Source: Macrostomum lignano
Lineage: Eukaryota
DNA: 64,000 nucleotides
Direction: 5' to 3'
Assembly: GCA_002269645.1 (NCBI GenBank)
Contig: NIVC01000440.1
Location: 310,001-374,000 of the forward strand
The notes beneath the pieces are model-generated. The model did not search any database. It was not told where the DNA came from and worked only from the letters and a program-made list of their open reading frames with translations. Position numbers and translations under genes: made by a program. Shown here piece by piece: positions 1 through 11,703 of the stretch. The stretch's first letter is position 1, and every line of letters begins with the position of its first letter.

Positions 1-536
1 TGACTGTACTTGTCGAAGACCTTGTCGAAGGCAGTGGCACTACTCTGAAATTCGATCCCAGACTGCACCGGACTGTGGTTGGTGCGGAACGAGCCGGGGC
101 TCGCATCGGGTGCGTCCTATGGCCGGCCCTGTGTCACAGAGTTGATCCCAAACAGCAGGATTCGAACCCATGCGATGCGACCAAGCTTAAACCGGAGACA
201 ATCTTGTGCAAAGCGATGGTTAAGCTGTGTTGATGAGAAGTTCAACAAAATGTATTGAAATTGAGCTCCAAAGTTCTCAACCAGCTGCTTGACCTGCAAC
301 CTTCAAAACATTTTTAAACAAAGTTTCTAAAACTAACATTTTCATAATCTTTGTCATTGTGTGTGTACATTATCTGTGTTTGTGTTTAACAAATAAATTA
401 AAAACGTGTTTACCTATTTTTTATTGAAAAAAATGTTATTTAGAGTTTATTATTGGCTGGAATATTTTCACCGCTGATTGTACGACAATGCCACCGAAGG
501 GGGTCCACAGCTGTTTTTAAAATATGTGTAGCAGAA

Positions 537-1245
537 TGCTTCTCAGTGTAACAGAATGCTTGATTATGCAAAAGGATGCCTGTTTGTGTAACAGGATAAT
601 TCTCAGTGTGTAACAGGATGATTCTCAGTGTGTAACAGGATGCTTCTCAGTGTGTAACAGGATGATTCTCAGTGTGTAACAGGATGATTCTCAGTGTGTA
701 ACAGGATGCTTCTTAGTGTGTAACAGGATGATTCTCAGTGTGTAACAGGATGCTTCTTAGTGTGTAACAGGATGATTCTCAGTGTGTAACAGGATGCTTC
801 TCAGTGTGTAACAGGATGATTCTCAGTGTGTAACAGGATGATTCTCAGTGTGTAACAGAATGATTCTCAGTGTGTAACAGGATGATTCTCAGTGCGTAAC
901 AGGATGATTCTCAGTGTGTAACAGGATGCTTCTTAGTGTGTAACAGGATGATTCTCAGTGTGTAACAGGATGCTTCTTAGTGTGTAACAGGATGATTCTC
1001 AGTGTGTAACAGGATGATTCTCAGTGTGTAACAGGATGATTCTCAGGGTGTAACAGGATGATCAGTGTGTAACAGGATGATTCTCAGTGTGTAACAGGAT
1101 GATTCTCAGTGTGTAACAGGATGATTCTCAGTGTGTAACAGGATGATTCTCAGGGTGTAACAGGATGATCAGTGTGTAACAGGATGATTCTCAGTGTGTA
1201 ACAGGATGATTCTCAGTGTGTAACAGGATGATTCTCAGTGTGTAA
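537..1245. repeat. Minisatellite, 22-bp unit TGTAACAGGATGATTCTCAGTG, ending about 60 bp before the LPGAT1 ATG
   Basis: About 30 near-identical tandem units read directly from the sequence. Confidence 0.95.
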
Positions 1246-1305
1246 TTTTGCTTTCAAACAGACAAAATAAAAATCATTAATGCGCTTGACCTCAAAAACA
1301 GAGTC

Positions 1306-4300
1306 ATGACCTCAGCTTCTGATTCAACGACCCTGTCGCGTCGCATTGGCTGGGGACTGCGCGGCGCGTTGATCACTGCGGATGTACTTTTGAGCACAGC
1401 ATGTCATAGTCTGTTCCTGCTTCTGTTGAAACCGCTCATGTGCCGCCTTCTTGGCCGCGAGGATCTTTACTGGCGCATTGAGGGCTTCTTGTTCGAGCGA
1501 ATATTCGGTCACGTGGCCACCTGGACACACACGGCCGGCTATCGGCTGTGTCTCCATGGCGATGCCATTCCTAGCCAAGCCTATTCAAGCCGCACACTGG
1601 TGATTTGCAATCACGTGTCCACGGCGGATGTGCCCACCCTGTTCTACCTGTGGGTGAACAGCCACCCCTGTCCCATTCCCAACCTGTGGTGGGTCATGGA
1701 TATGCTGTTCAAGTGGACACCTTTTGGTTGGGTGTCACAGGTAACGGAGATGAATGTTGAACTTTTTGGTTTAATTATTGTTGCCATATTTATCTTTGAT
1801 ACTCTGTTTCATTTTGTAATTCTTAACTTGTTTAAGTCTTCTACTGCCCTTTAAGAATCGCCCGGTCAAGAATCGCCCAATTAAGAATCGCCCAGTCAAG
1901 AATCGCCCAGTCAAGAATCGCCCAATTAAGAATCGCCCAGTCAAGAATCGCCTAATTAAGAATCACCCGATTAAGAATCGCCCAGTTAAGAATCGCCTGA
2001 TTAAGAATCGCCCAGTCAAGAATCGCCCAGTCAAGAATCGCCCAATTAAGAATCGCCCAGTCAAGAATCGCCCAATTAAGAATCACCTGATTAAGAATCG
2101 CCCAGTTAAGAATCGCCCGATTAAGAATCGCCCAGTTAAGAATCGCCCAATTAAGAATCGCCCAGTCAAGAATCGCCCAATTAAGAATCGCCCAGTCAAG
2201 AATCGCCCAATTAAGAATCGCCCAATTAAGAATCGCCCAGTCAAGAATCGCCCAATTAAGAATCGCCCAATTAAGAATCGCCCAGTCAAGAATCGCCCAG
2301 TCAAGAATCGCCCAATTAAGAATCGCCCAGTCAAGAATCGCCCAATTAAGAATCGCCCAATTAAGAATCGCCCAATTAAGAATCACCTGATTAAGAATCG
2401 CCCAGTCAAGAATCGCCCAATTAAGAATCGCCCAGTCAAGAATCGCCCAGTCAAGAATCGCCCAATTAAGAATCGCCCAGTCAAGAATTGCCCAGTCAAG
2501 AATCGCCCAATTAAGAATCGCCCAGTCAAGAATCGCCCAGTCAAGAATCGCCCAATTAAGAATCGCCCAATTAAGAATCGCCCAGTTAAGAATCGCCCAA
2601 TTAAGAATCGCCCAGTCAAGAATCGCCCAATTAAGAATCGCCCAGTCAAGAATCGCCCAATTAAGAATCGCCCAATTAAGAATCGCCCAATTAAGAATCA
2701 CCTGATTAAGAATCGCCCAGTCAAGAATCGCCCAATTAAGAATCGCCCAGTCAAGAATCGCCCAATTAAGAATCGCCCAATTAAGAATCGCCCAGTTAGA
2801 ATCGCCTAATTAAGAATCGCCCCGTCAAGAATCGCCTAATTAAGAATCGCCCAGTTAAGAATCGCCTAATTAAGAATCGCCCAGTTAAGAATCGCCCAAT
2901 TAAGAATCGCCCAATTAAGAATCACCTGATTAAGAATCGCCCAGTCAAGAATCGCCCAATTAAGAATCGCCCAATTAAGAATCGCCCAGTCAAGAATCGC
3001 CCAATTAAGAATCGCCCAATTAAGAATCGCCCAGTCAAGAATCGCCCAATTAAGAATCACCTGATTAAGAATCGCCCAGTCAAGAATCGCCCAATTAAGA
3101 ATCACCTGATTAAGAATCGCCCAGTCAAGAATCGCCCAATTAAGAATCGCCCAATTAAGAATCGCCCAGTCAAGAATCGCCCAATTAAGAATCGCCCAAT
3201 TAAGAATCGCCCAGTCAAGAATCGCCCAATTAAGAATCGCCCAGTTAAGAATCGCCCAGTCAAGAATCGCCCTGAGCCCGCAGTAGCTGGCCCCGAAGCC
3301 CCACACTCGAATCCAAATGCACCCCCATTAGCCGAAGCCCCGCCAACCCCGCCGCCGCCAGGTGCACCGCGATCACTTCATCCTGCAGGGCAAGGAAACC
3401 CGCCAGGGCACCCTGGCTGAGTTCTCCCGCAGCGTGGCCCGGACCTACCTGCAGCTGCCCCGCAACTGGTGCGTCATCTTTCCCGAAGGCGGTTTTCACT
3501 ACAAGCGAATAGCCGCTAGCAACAGATTCGCCGAGAAGCACGGGCTGCCGCCAATGGATCACGTGACCTATCCCAGAGTTGGCGCCATCTACGCCTTTGC
3601 CGAAGCCCTGCGTACCGCCAGTCCCGCGGATGGGGCAGGTGAGTTAGTTGGTTTCTAAGAATTGCTTTCAAATCATAGGATTTCTAAGAACTTTGTTTTC
3701 TAAGAATCGTCAGTTTATGCTCACGATTTCTAAGATCTGTCTGCAGGACAGACTTGAGTGAATTAAAACAAACATACGTAATTTACTAATTTACGAGGGG
3801 TGTTGCTAAAGTTTCTAAACTGTGTTCGCTGTGAACGGCAGGATTGTTTCAACATAATAATGATAATAATAATAATAATAATAATTGATTACCCCTGCCT
3901 TAATAGCCAGATGTACAACCGACAGCTCAGCCGCAGCCATTGCGTGGCGCATCTGAAGGCTGAGTCCGGCTGTTCAGTCCTATGACTGGGGGGGGGGGGT
4001 CGCCACACACACCCTCAGTTACCCCAGCTAATGCTGGCACCCTTTTACATTACAGCTGGGTGAACTGAAGCAATGCAGAGTTAAGTGTTCCAGTGGGATC
4101 GGGAATCGAACCCCCGACCTTCAAGTCGTGAGTCTGAGGCTCTAACCACTATAGGCTACAACCCCCTATGGATGGATATACATGTACACAACACAATAAA
4201 TAATGGGTTAGGTTAGTGTGTGTGTGAGTGTGTGCAAAGCAAAACACCTAAGAATCTGCTGAATTATGTACAGTCCTACATGTACATGTACTTTTTTGTG

Positions 4301-4716
4301 CACGTTTAACTTGTGTCTAACTTGGCCCAAACCTCTCCTCGCAAGGCCTGGACTACATCATCGACATGACCATAGGCTACCAGGACAACAAACCGCACGG
4401 TCTGGATGACATTGTGCTCGGCTGGTCAAAGTCCAGCACAGTTCACGTCAACCAACGGGTGTTCAATGTTAGCAAGGACGCCGTGCCTCTTGAGAGCTCA
4501 GATGAACTTCTCACCTGGCTGTACAGTCGCTGGCAGGAGAAGAACAGCCAATTAGATGAGTTTTACAGAACTGGCGAATTTCCAACTACCCGGCACTGTC
4601 CTGTGGAGTTCCATTGGCCAAATATCATTCTGGGTTATCTAGTGTCGGCTGGCTATATCTACCTGATGTACAGGCTAGTCTGCTTCGTGTTTGTTGTTTT
4701 TGGGCTTCTGTTTTGA
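1306..4716 (+). CDS. LPGAT1: Acyl-CoA:lysophosphatidylglycerol acyltransferase 1-like (PlsC family); exons 1306-1740, 3362-3638, 4346-4716
   Basis: Acyltransferase motifs [22 protein letters not shown] and YIIDMTIGY are present. Junctions CAG|gtaacg..gccag|GTG (phase 0) and G|gtgagt..gcaag|GC (phase 1) keep one open frame: FGWVSQ|[11 protein letters not shown]. Confidence 0.9.
1853..3270. repeat. Minisatellite, 15-bp unit AAGAATCGCCCA(A/G)T(T/C), in LPGAT1 intron 1
   Basis: About 95 tandem units; these generate the spurious NWAIL ORFs. Confidence 0.97.
3855..4166 (-). mobile_element. tRNA-derived SINE, apparently full length, in LPGAT1 intron 2
   Basis: The minus strand shows an A box (TAGCCTATAGTGG), a B box (GGTTCGATTCC), a central CACTTAACTCTGCATTGCTTCAGTTCACCCAGCTGT domain and an (ATT)n tail. 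A second copy lies at 55084-55245. Confidence 0.8.
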
Positions 4717-4792
4717 TGCTATAATTACAGTCTAAGGGCAGCGCTAACAGTTTAATAAATATCGTTCATATCGTGTTCTTACACCTCGAAAA

Positions 4793-5240
4793 CATTCTAT
4801 CCCCAGTGTACACTCCCAATCAACTTTTTCTGTCCCCAGTGTACATTGACTCCCGACCAACTTTTCTATCCCCAGTGTACACTCACTCCCAACAAACTTT
4901 TCTATCCCCAGTGTACACTCACTCCCAAAAAACTTTTCTATCCCCAGTGTACACTCACTCCCAACAAATTTATATACATTTCTGACTTTTATCGACCCGT
5001 TCTTAGTCTTAATTGTTAAATATAAATGAACAAATAAATCGGTACTAATTTTAAGAGCCTGACGATGCCTGACGCGAGGCGAAACATGTCGCATAAAAAA
5101 TTATAGCGCTCACCTTCTTAATTCTACTCCCAACAAACTTTTCTATCCCCAGTGTACACTCACTCCCAACAAACTTTTCTATCCCCAGTGTACACTCACT
5201 CCCAACAAACTTTTCTATCCCCATTGTACACTCACTCTCG
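4793..5240. repeat. 36-bp minisatellite TTTCTATCCCCAGTGTACACTCACTCCCAACAAACT in two blocks (4793-4975, 5125-5240), downstream of the LPGAT1 stop
   Basis: Tandem units read directly, interrupted by about 150 bp of unique sequence. Confidence 0.9.
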
Positions 5241-5775
5241 ACCATTCTTTCCAAACCTAATGTACATTGAGTCCCTTAACAGACACTGAATTAGTCCACA
5301 TACACTCAATGTACATATTATTTTTAACAATAAACTAGATTTCACCAGATCATAACTGTTATTTATCTAAGTATTCCATAGCAATTAGTATTGCTAGTAT
5401 ATGTTTTATTTTAAGTTCTTTTTATTTTTCAGAATACAAAGTTAATTTCTTCCAGTGACTACTGACTAAGGGTCAGAATTAGCTAGATTTTATTTTTAAT
5501 TATTTTAAATGAATTTCTTACCGCATTGATTTTGAATATTTTTTTGCCTTCTCCTGTGCAATATTTTAATAATCCATTTAGTATTGTGCATGTTTCATAG
5601 CTTCAGTTTTTTTTTGGTTTAATTTCTCATTTCTTCTCTTGTTTGCAGTCCATGTAGTTTATATTTATATTTTCGGTGAAACTTCTGTTTAATATAGTTA
5701 ATAAAATGCCACATTAAATCATTTAAAAAGTCTAATAGATTAGCAATCAATTAGTTATGACCCATAGATTTCAAG

Positions 5776-7030
5776 GTAGCTAATTGGGTAGGTCACTCAG
5801 TGCAGTGAGGTGTCTGGTAGCTAATTGGGTGGGTCACTCAGTGCAGTGAGGTGTCTGGTAGCTAATTGGGTAGGTCACTCAGTGCAGTGAGGTGTCTGGT
5901 AGCTAATTGGGTAGGTCACTCAGTGCAGTGAGGTGTCTGGTAGCTAATTTGGTAGGTCACTCAGTGCAGTGAGCTGTCTGGTAGCTAATTGGGTAGGTCA
6001 CTCAGTGCAGTGAGGTGTCTGGTAGCTAATTGGGTAGGTCACTCAGTGCAGTAAGGTGTCTGGTAGCTAATTGGGTGGGTCACTCAGTGCAGTGAGCTGT
6101 CTGGTAGCTAATTTGGTAGGTCACTCAGTGCAGTGAGCTGTCTGGTAGCTAATTGGGTGGGTCACTCAGTGCAGTGAGGTGTCTGGTAGCTAATTTGGTA
6201 GGTCACTCAGTGCAGTGAGGTGTCTGGTAGCTAATTTGGTAGGTCACTCAGTGCAGTGAGCTGTCTGGTAGCTAATTGGGTAGGTCACTCAGTGCAGTGA
6301 GGTGTCTGGTAGCTAATTGGGTGGGTCACTCAGTGCAGTGAGCTGTCTGGTAGCTAATTTGGTAGGTCACTCAGTGCAGTGAGCTGTCTGGTAGCTAATT
6401 GGGTGGGTCACTCAGTGCAGTGAGGTGTCTGGTAGCTAATTGGGTAGGTCACTCAGTGCAGTAAGGTGTCTGGTAGCTAATTTGGTAGGTCACTCAGTGC
6501 AGTGAGCTGTCTGGTAGCTAATTGGGTAGGTCACTCAGTGCAGTGAGGTGTCTGGTAGCTAATTGGGTAGGTCACTCAGTGCAGTGAGGTGTCTGGTAGC
6601 TAATTTGGTAGGTCACTCAGTGCAGTGAGGTGTCTGGTAGCTAATTGGGTAGGTCACTCAGTGCAGTGAGGTGTCTGGTAGCTAATTTGGTAGGTCACTC
6701 AGTGCAGTGAGCTGTCTGGTAGCTAATTGGGTAGGTCACTCAGTGCAGTGAGGTGTCTGGTAGCTAATTGGGTGGGTCACTCTGCAGTAAGGTGTCAGGT
6801 AGCTAATTGGGGGTAGGTCACTCAGTGCAGTAAGGGGTCAGGTAGCTAAGTGGGGGTAGGTCACTCAGTGCAGTAAGGGGTCAGGTAGCTAAGTGGGGGT
6901 AGGTCACTCAGTGCAGTAAGGGGTCAGGTAGCTAAGTGGGGGTAGGTCACTCAGTGCAGTAAGGTGTCAGGTAGCTAATTGGGGGTAGGTCACTCAGTGC
7001 AGTAAGGGGTCAGGTAGCTAAGTGGGTAAG
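5776..7030. repeat. 41-bp minisatellite GGTAGCTAATTGGGTAGGTCACTCAGTGCAGTGAGGTGTCT
   Basis: About 30 tandem units, with variant units at the 3' end. Confidence 0.97.
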
Positions 7031-7477
7031 GTGTAGGTTTTCATGCTCTGTGCAATCCAATGTTTAGGTCAGCTGTTTCATTGTAAAAATTTCACTATTC
7101 TTAAATATTTTCACTGTATGGATTCAAGTCTAAAGTCTCATCTCTATAAGTTTTTGCACAGTCTAATGGATTAATTTTAATTTATGATCGTCTACTATTA
7201 CTAATAGCCAAAGATGGTTTTTTTAAATTTTCTGACATCTTTTCTTGTTCGTTTAATTATAATTCTGCAAACTCCAGTAGCTAGTAAGCTCATAGTGTAC
7301 TTTTTCAATTAAAATAAACCTCTATGTTTATTAAAACTTCATAATTCATAAGTATTGAGATTCTGATTTGAATTTTTTATTATACCCCTTTTTATTAGCG
7401 TAGAGTTGTACTCAATGACCTCAATCAATTATATTCCATCCAATCACCTTAACCAACCAGAGAAGCACCCTATGAAT

Positions 7478-7820
7478 CGCTCCAAACCCGATTTCAGAAT
7501 AGCAGTCCATAAACTTTTCTAAGAATCGCTCCAAACCCGATTTCAGAATAGCAGTCCATAAACTTTTCTAAGAATCGCTCCAAACCCGATTTCAGAATAG
7601 CAGTCCATAAACTTTTCTAAGAATCGCTCCAAACCCGATTTCAGAATAGCAGTCCATAAACTTTTCTAAGAATCGCTCCAAACCCGATTTCAGAATAGCA
7701 GTCCATGAACTTTTCTAAGAATCGCTCCAAACCCAATTTCAGAATAGCAGTCCATGAACTTTTTCTAAGAATCGCTCCAAGCCCAATTTCAGAATAGCAG
7801 TCCATGAATTGCTCTGAGAA
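7478..7820. repeat. 49-bp minisatellite AAGAATCGCTCCAAACCCGATTTCAGAATAGCAGTCCATAAACTTTTCT
   Basis: About 7 tandem units. Confidence 0.95.
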
Positions 7821-8296
7821 TCACCCTTAGACTACCTTCATTATGCAGTCATTGAATGAGTAGAGATTTGCACTCTGCGACTTGCCCTTCTATCTGTACC
7901 CGCATACGTATGCGGAGCGGAACGTTTTTTAATCTTTACTCAAAATAGACAGCTCAGTTGAGAACTGTGTTTGCGAGGCTCTCAACGAAAAGCGCGCAAA
8001 ACGAAGGCCGCAGTTCTCGCTGTGTTTATTTAGCTAGCAGAAATTGTAGAATACATATATATCGAGACATTATTTGATAGATAAGTAAAGTGACAAATCC
8101 ATTCTTTAACAGAGAACGGCCTCTAAAAAAATTTGAATTCCAAGCTTTCGAACTTAAATAGAACCGATTTAAAATTGAGTTGAATTAAATACGGGTATAC
8201 ACCAGGTGAGATTGTTGCACGATCATTGCTCTATTCTCACCTGTCGATTCTTTCACTAACTTCTCTTCCCCACTTCTCCTGACTAATCCTCTGCCC

Positions 8297-8822
8297 TAGC
8301 TACTTCTTGTCTTACCCCCCTACTTCTCCCCCACTTCTTATATCCCTACTCCCCCTACTTCTCTCATCCCTACAACCCCTACTTCTCCCTCCCTACTTCT
8401 CCCCTCCCTACTTCTCCTCTCCCTACTTCTCCCCTCCCTACTTCTCCTCTCCCTACTTCTCCCCTCCCTACTTCTCCCCTCCTTACTTCTCCCCTCCCTA
8501 CTTCTCCCCTCCCTACTTCTCCTCTCCCTACTTCTCCCCTCCCTACTTCTCCCCTTCTTACTTCTCCCCTCCCTACTTCTCCCCTCCTTACTTCTCCCCT
8601 CCCTTCTTCTCCCCTCCTTACTTCTCCCCTCCCTTCTTCTCCTCTCCTTACTTCTCCCCTCCCTACTTCTCCCCTCCTTACTTCTCCCCTCCCTACTTCT
8701 CCCCTCCTTACTTCTCCCCTCCCTTCTTCTCCCCTCCCTACTTCTCCCCATCCCTACTTCTCCCCTCCTTACTTCTCCCTCCCTTCTTCTCCCCTCCCTA
8801 CTTCTCCCCATCCCTACTTCTC
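8297..8822. repeat. 15-bp pyrimidine-rich minisatellite CTACTTCTCCCCTCC upstream of GSTO copy 1
   Basis: About 35 units. It may lie in a 5'-UTR intron (candidate donor 8206 gtgaga, acceptor 8955-8956). Confidence 0.93.
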
Positions 8823-9068
8823 TCTGATTTCTATTCTACCAAGCTTATCTGCTGCCTACCTCCCTGTCTGCGTCTCTGTGTCTACTTCTCTTCCGTCTAC
8901 GTCTACCGGCGCCAAAATCTCACCTGCCTACTCGTCTGTAATTTTAACCTCATCAGATTACACAACGTTTCAATCCGAATCGCGCATCATGCAAAGCCAA
9001 CTCGCTCGCACTTATAAAGTTAAAAAAGCCGACTCAAAACTCCAGTGCTCCGTCCTTGGAAAAAAGCA

Positions 9069-11030
9069 ATGAGCAACCAGCAGCAGCCTGCCAACATCAT
9101 TTTCGAGTCCAGCAAACACTTGGAGTCTGGCGAGCCGGAGCCGCAGCTCAAGCCCAACCTGCTCACCCTGTACTCCATGCGGTTCTGCCCGTTCGCCCAG
9201 CGCACCCGCCTGGTGCTGCAGCACAAGCAGCTGCCTCATCAGATTGTCAATGTGAACCTCGTGCGCAAACCCGACTGGTTCCTGGCCAAGTCGAGCTCTG
9301 GCAAAGTGCCAGCTCTGATTGAACCTGCCGGCTGGACTCTCATTGAGTCTCTAGTCACCTGCGACTACCTGGCTGGACTCTCATTGAGTCTCTAGTCACC
9401 TGCGACTACCTGGAGGACGCGCACCCGGAGCCGCCGCTGTACCCCGGCGACGCCAGGAAGCGGGCCGCCATTCGCTTGGCTGTTGGCAAGATGGGCGACT
9501 CCATCATTCCCGCCTTCTATCGATGGGCCATGCGGAGAGGAGACGAGCAGAAGGTGGGCGCAGAATGCTGTTCTGTTGCTTCTGGCTTTGCTACTTTTCT
9601 GTGCGTCTCACTCTGTTCCCCTCTCATCTTCCCCTGTTCTCCTCTCACCTTGCCCTGTTCCCCTCTCATCTTCCCCTGTTCTCCTCTCACCTTGCCCTGT
9701 TCCCCTCTCACCTTGCCCTGTTCCCCTCTCATCTTCCCCTGTTCCCCTCTCACCTTGCCCTGTTCCCCTCTCACCTTGCCCTGTTCCCCTCTCACCTTGC
9801 CCTGTTCTCCTCTCACCTTGCCCTGTTTCCCTCTCACCTTGCCCTGTTCCCCTCTCACCTTGCCCTGTTCCCCTCTCATCTTCCCCTGTTCCCCTCTCAC
9901 CTTGCCCTGTTCCCCTCTCACCTTGCCCTGTTCCCCTCTCACCTTGCCCTGTTCTCCTCTCACCTTGCCCTGTTTCCCTCTCACCTTGCCCTGTTCCCCT
10001 CTCACCTTGCCCTGTTCTCCTCTCACCTTGCCCTGTTTCCCTCTCACCTTGCCCTGTTCCCCTCTCATCTTCCCCTGTTCTCCTCTCACCTTGCCCTGTT
10101 CCCCTCTCACCTTGCCCTGTTCCCCTCTCACCTTGCCCTGTTCCCCTCTCACCTTGCCCTGTTCCCCTCTCACCTTGCCCTGTTCCCCTCTCACCTTGCC
10201 CTGTTCCCCTCTCACCTTGCCCTGTTTCCCTCTCACCTTGCCCTGTTCCCCTCTCACCTTGCCCTGTTTCCCTCTCACCTTGCCCTGTTCCCCTCTCACC
10301 TTGCCCTGTTCCCCTCTCACCTTGCCCTGTTTCCCTCTCACCTTGCCCTGTTCCCCTCTCACCTTGCCCTGTTCTCCTCTCACCTTGCCCTGTTTCCCTC
10401 TCACCTTGCCCTGTTCTCCTCTCACCTTGCCCTGTTCCCCTCTCACCTTGCCCTGTTCTCCTCTCACCTTGCCCTGTTCTCCTCTCACCTTGCCCTGTTC
10501 CCCTCTCACCTTGCCCTGTTCCCCTCTCACCTTGCCCTGTTCTCCTCTCACCTTGCCCTGTTCTCCTCTCACCTTGCCCTGTTTCCCTCTCACCTTGCCC
10601 TGTTTCCCTCTACCCCTTGCCCTGTTTCCCTCAGCCAGTCCTATGCTTCTCTCCTACAGCAGTGCTCCTAGCAACTAGCCATAGTGAAAAGTCACTTGAA
10701 TCTCACCCGTCACCCGCCAGGCCGAATGGGAGTCGCTACTAACGCCTAACGCAGCTGCAGGCCCAGCTGGGCGATACGAACTTTTTCGGCGACTGCGACC
10801 AGGTGCAAATGGCCGACCTGATGATCTGGCCCTGGATGGAGCGGCTGCCGGTCGCCGCAAAGATGCTGGGCTTCCAGCTGCCCGCGGACAGGTTCGACAA
10901 ACTGCTGGGCTGGACTTCCCGGATGGAGCAGCAGCGGGCTGTGAAAGAGACTCATATCTCTGACGATGTGCACGCGGCCTTCTTCAAGGCCTACTGGGCC
11001 AAGGAGGTCCAATATGACGGCCTTGACTGA
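9069..11030 (+). pseudogene. GSTO1: Omega-class glutathione S-transferase copy 1, frameshifted; exons 9069-9553 and 10721-11030
   Basis: Contains LYSMRFCPFAQR, KPDWFL, GKVPAL and MADLMIWPWMER. An exact 41-bp tandem duplication (9330-9370/9371-9411) causes a stop at 9393-9395. Alignment with copy 2 implies a further 2-nt deletion near 10742. Either lesion could be an assembly error. Confidence 0.7.
9612..10625. repeat. 21-bp minisatellite TTCCCCTCTCACCTTGCCCTG in the GSTO copy 1 intron
   Basis: About 48 tandem units. Confidence 0.97.
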
Positions 11031-11334
11031 CTGAGTTTTTATTGATATTTACAATTGTGAATTATTAACTCATAATAATTTATCATCTGTAGAGTGTCTC
11101 TTATAATTTTAAATACGAGCTAGCGTAGAAAAATCGACCGTTTACAATGTTATAAAGACATTTTCTATATTTTGATTATAGAAATTTAAAGCATTACAAA
11201 TCACAGTCTCGTTTTGTGTCTTTCTCCTTCCATTTTTATCAACGTAGACTAATGTCCCCCTGTGTACTGTAGCCTGTCAACCCTGACCTCCGTAGCCTAT
11301 CACCCTGTTTCCTGTAGCCTGTCACCCACTCTCC

Positions 11335-11602
11335 GCACAGCGACACCCCACTCCCCGCACAGCCACCCCACTCCTCACACAGCCACCCCACTCCTCGCAC
11401 AGCCACCCCACTCCTCGCACAGCCACCCCACTCCTCGCACAGCCACCCCACTCCTCGCACAGCCATCACACTCCTCACACAGCCACCCCACTCCTCGCAC
11501 AGCCACCCCACTCCTCGCACAGCCATCACACTCCTCACACAGCCACCCCACTCCTCGCACAGCCACCCCACTCCTCGCACAGCCACCCCACTCCTCGCAC
11601 AG
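11335..11602. repeat. 20-bp minisatellite AGCCACCCCACTCCTCGCAC upstream of GSTO copy 2
   Basis: About 13 tandem units. Confidence 0.95.
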
Positions 11603-11703
11603 TCACCCGACTCCCCTTAATCAATGCTGATTGGCTCCGAACTTTGCTGTATCGCCAAGCCCCCAAAGCCGGCACGGGCAGCAGCCGTGGCAAGAATGTG
11701 CTG

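Noticed and set aside
140-200. B-box-like GGGTTCGAATCC on the minus strand
   Set aside because: It is an isolated fragment, too short to call a tRNA or SINE.
1952-3306. NWAIL pentapeptide-repeat ORFs
   Set aside because: They are antisense translations of the 15-bp array inside LPGAT1 intron 1.
4095-4166. tRNA gene
   Set aside because: It has A and B boxes but no convincing cloverleaf, and it continues into a SINE body and tail.
9330-9411. The 41-bp duplication as a newly born intron
   Set aside because: Precise removal needs AG|GT or AG|GC within the circular unit, and neither occurs.
9476-10742. Four overlapping 350-420-aa ORFs
   Set aside because: They arise from the 21-bp intronic array; only the first 26 codons belong to GSTO exon 1.
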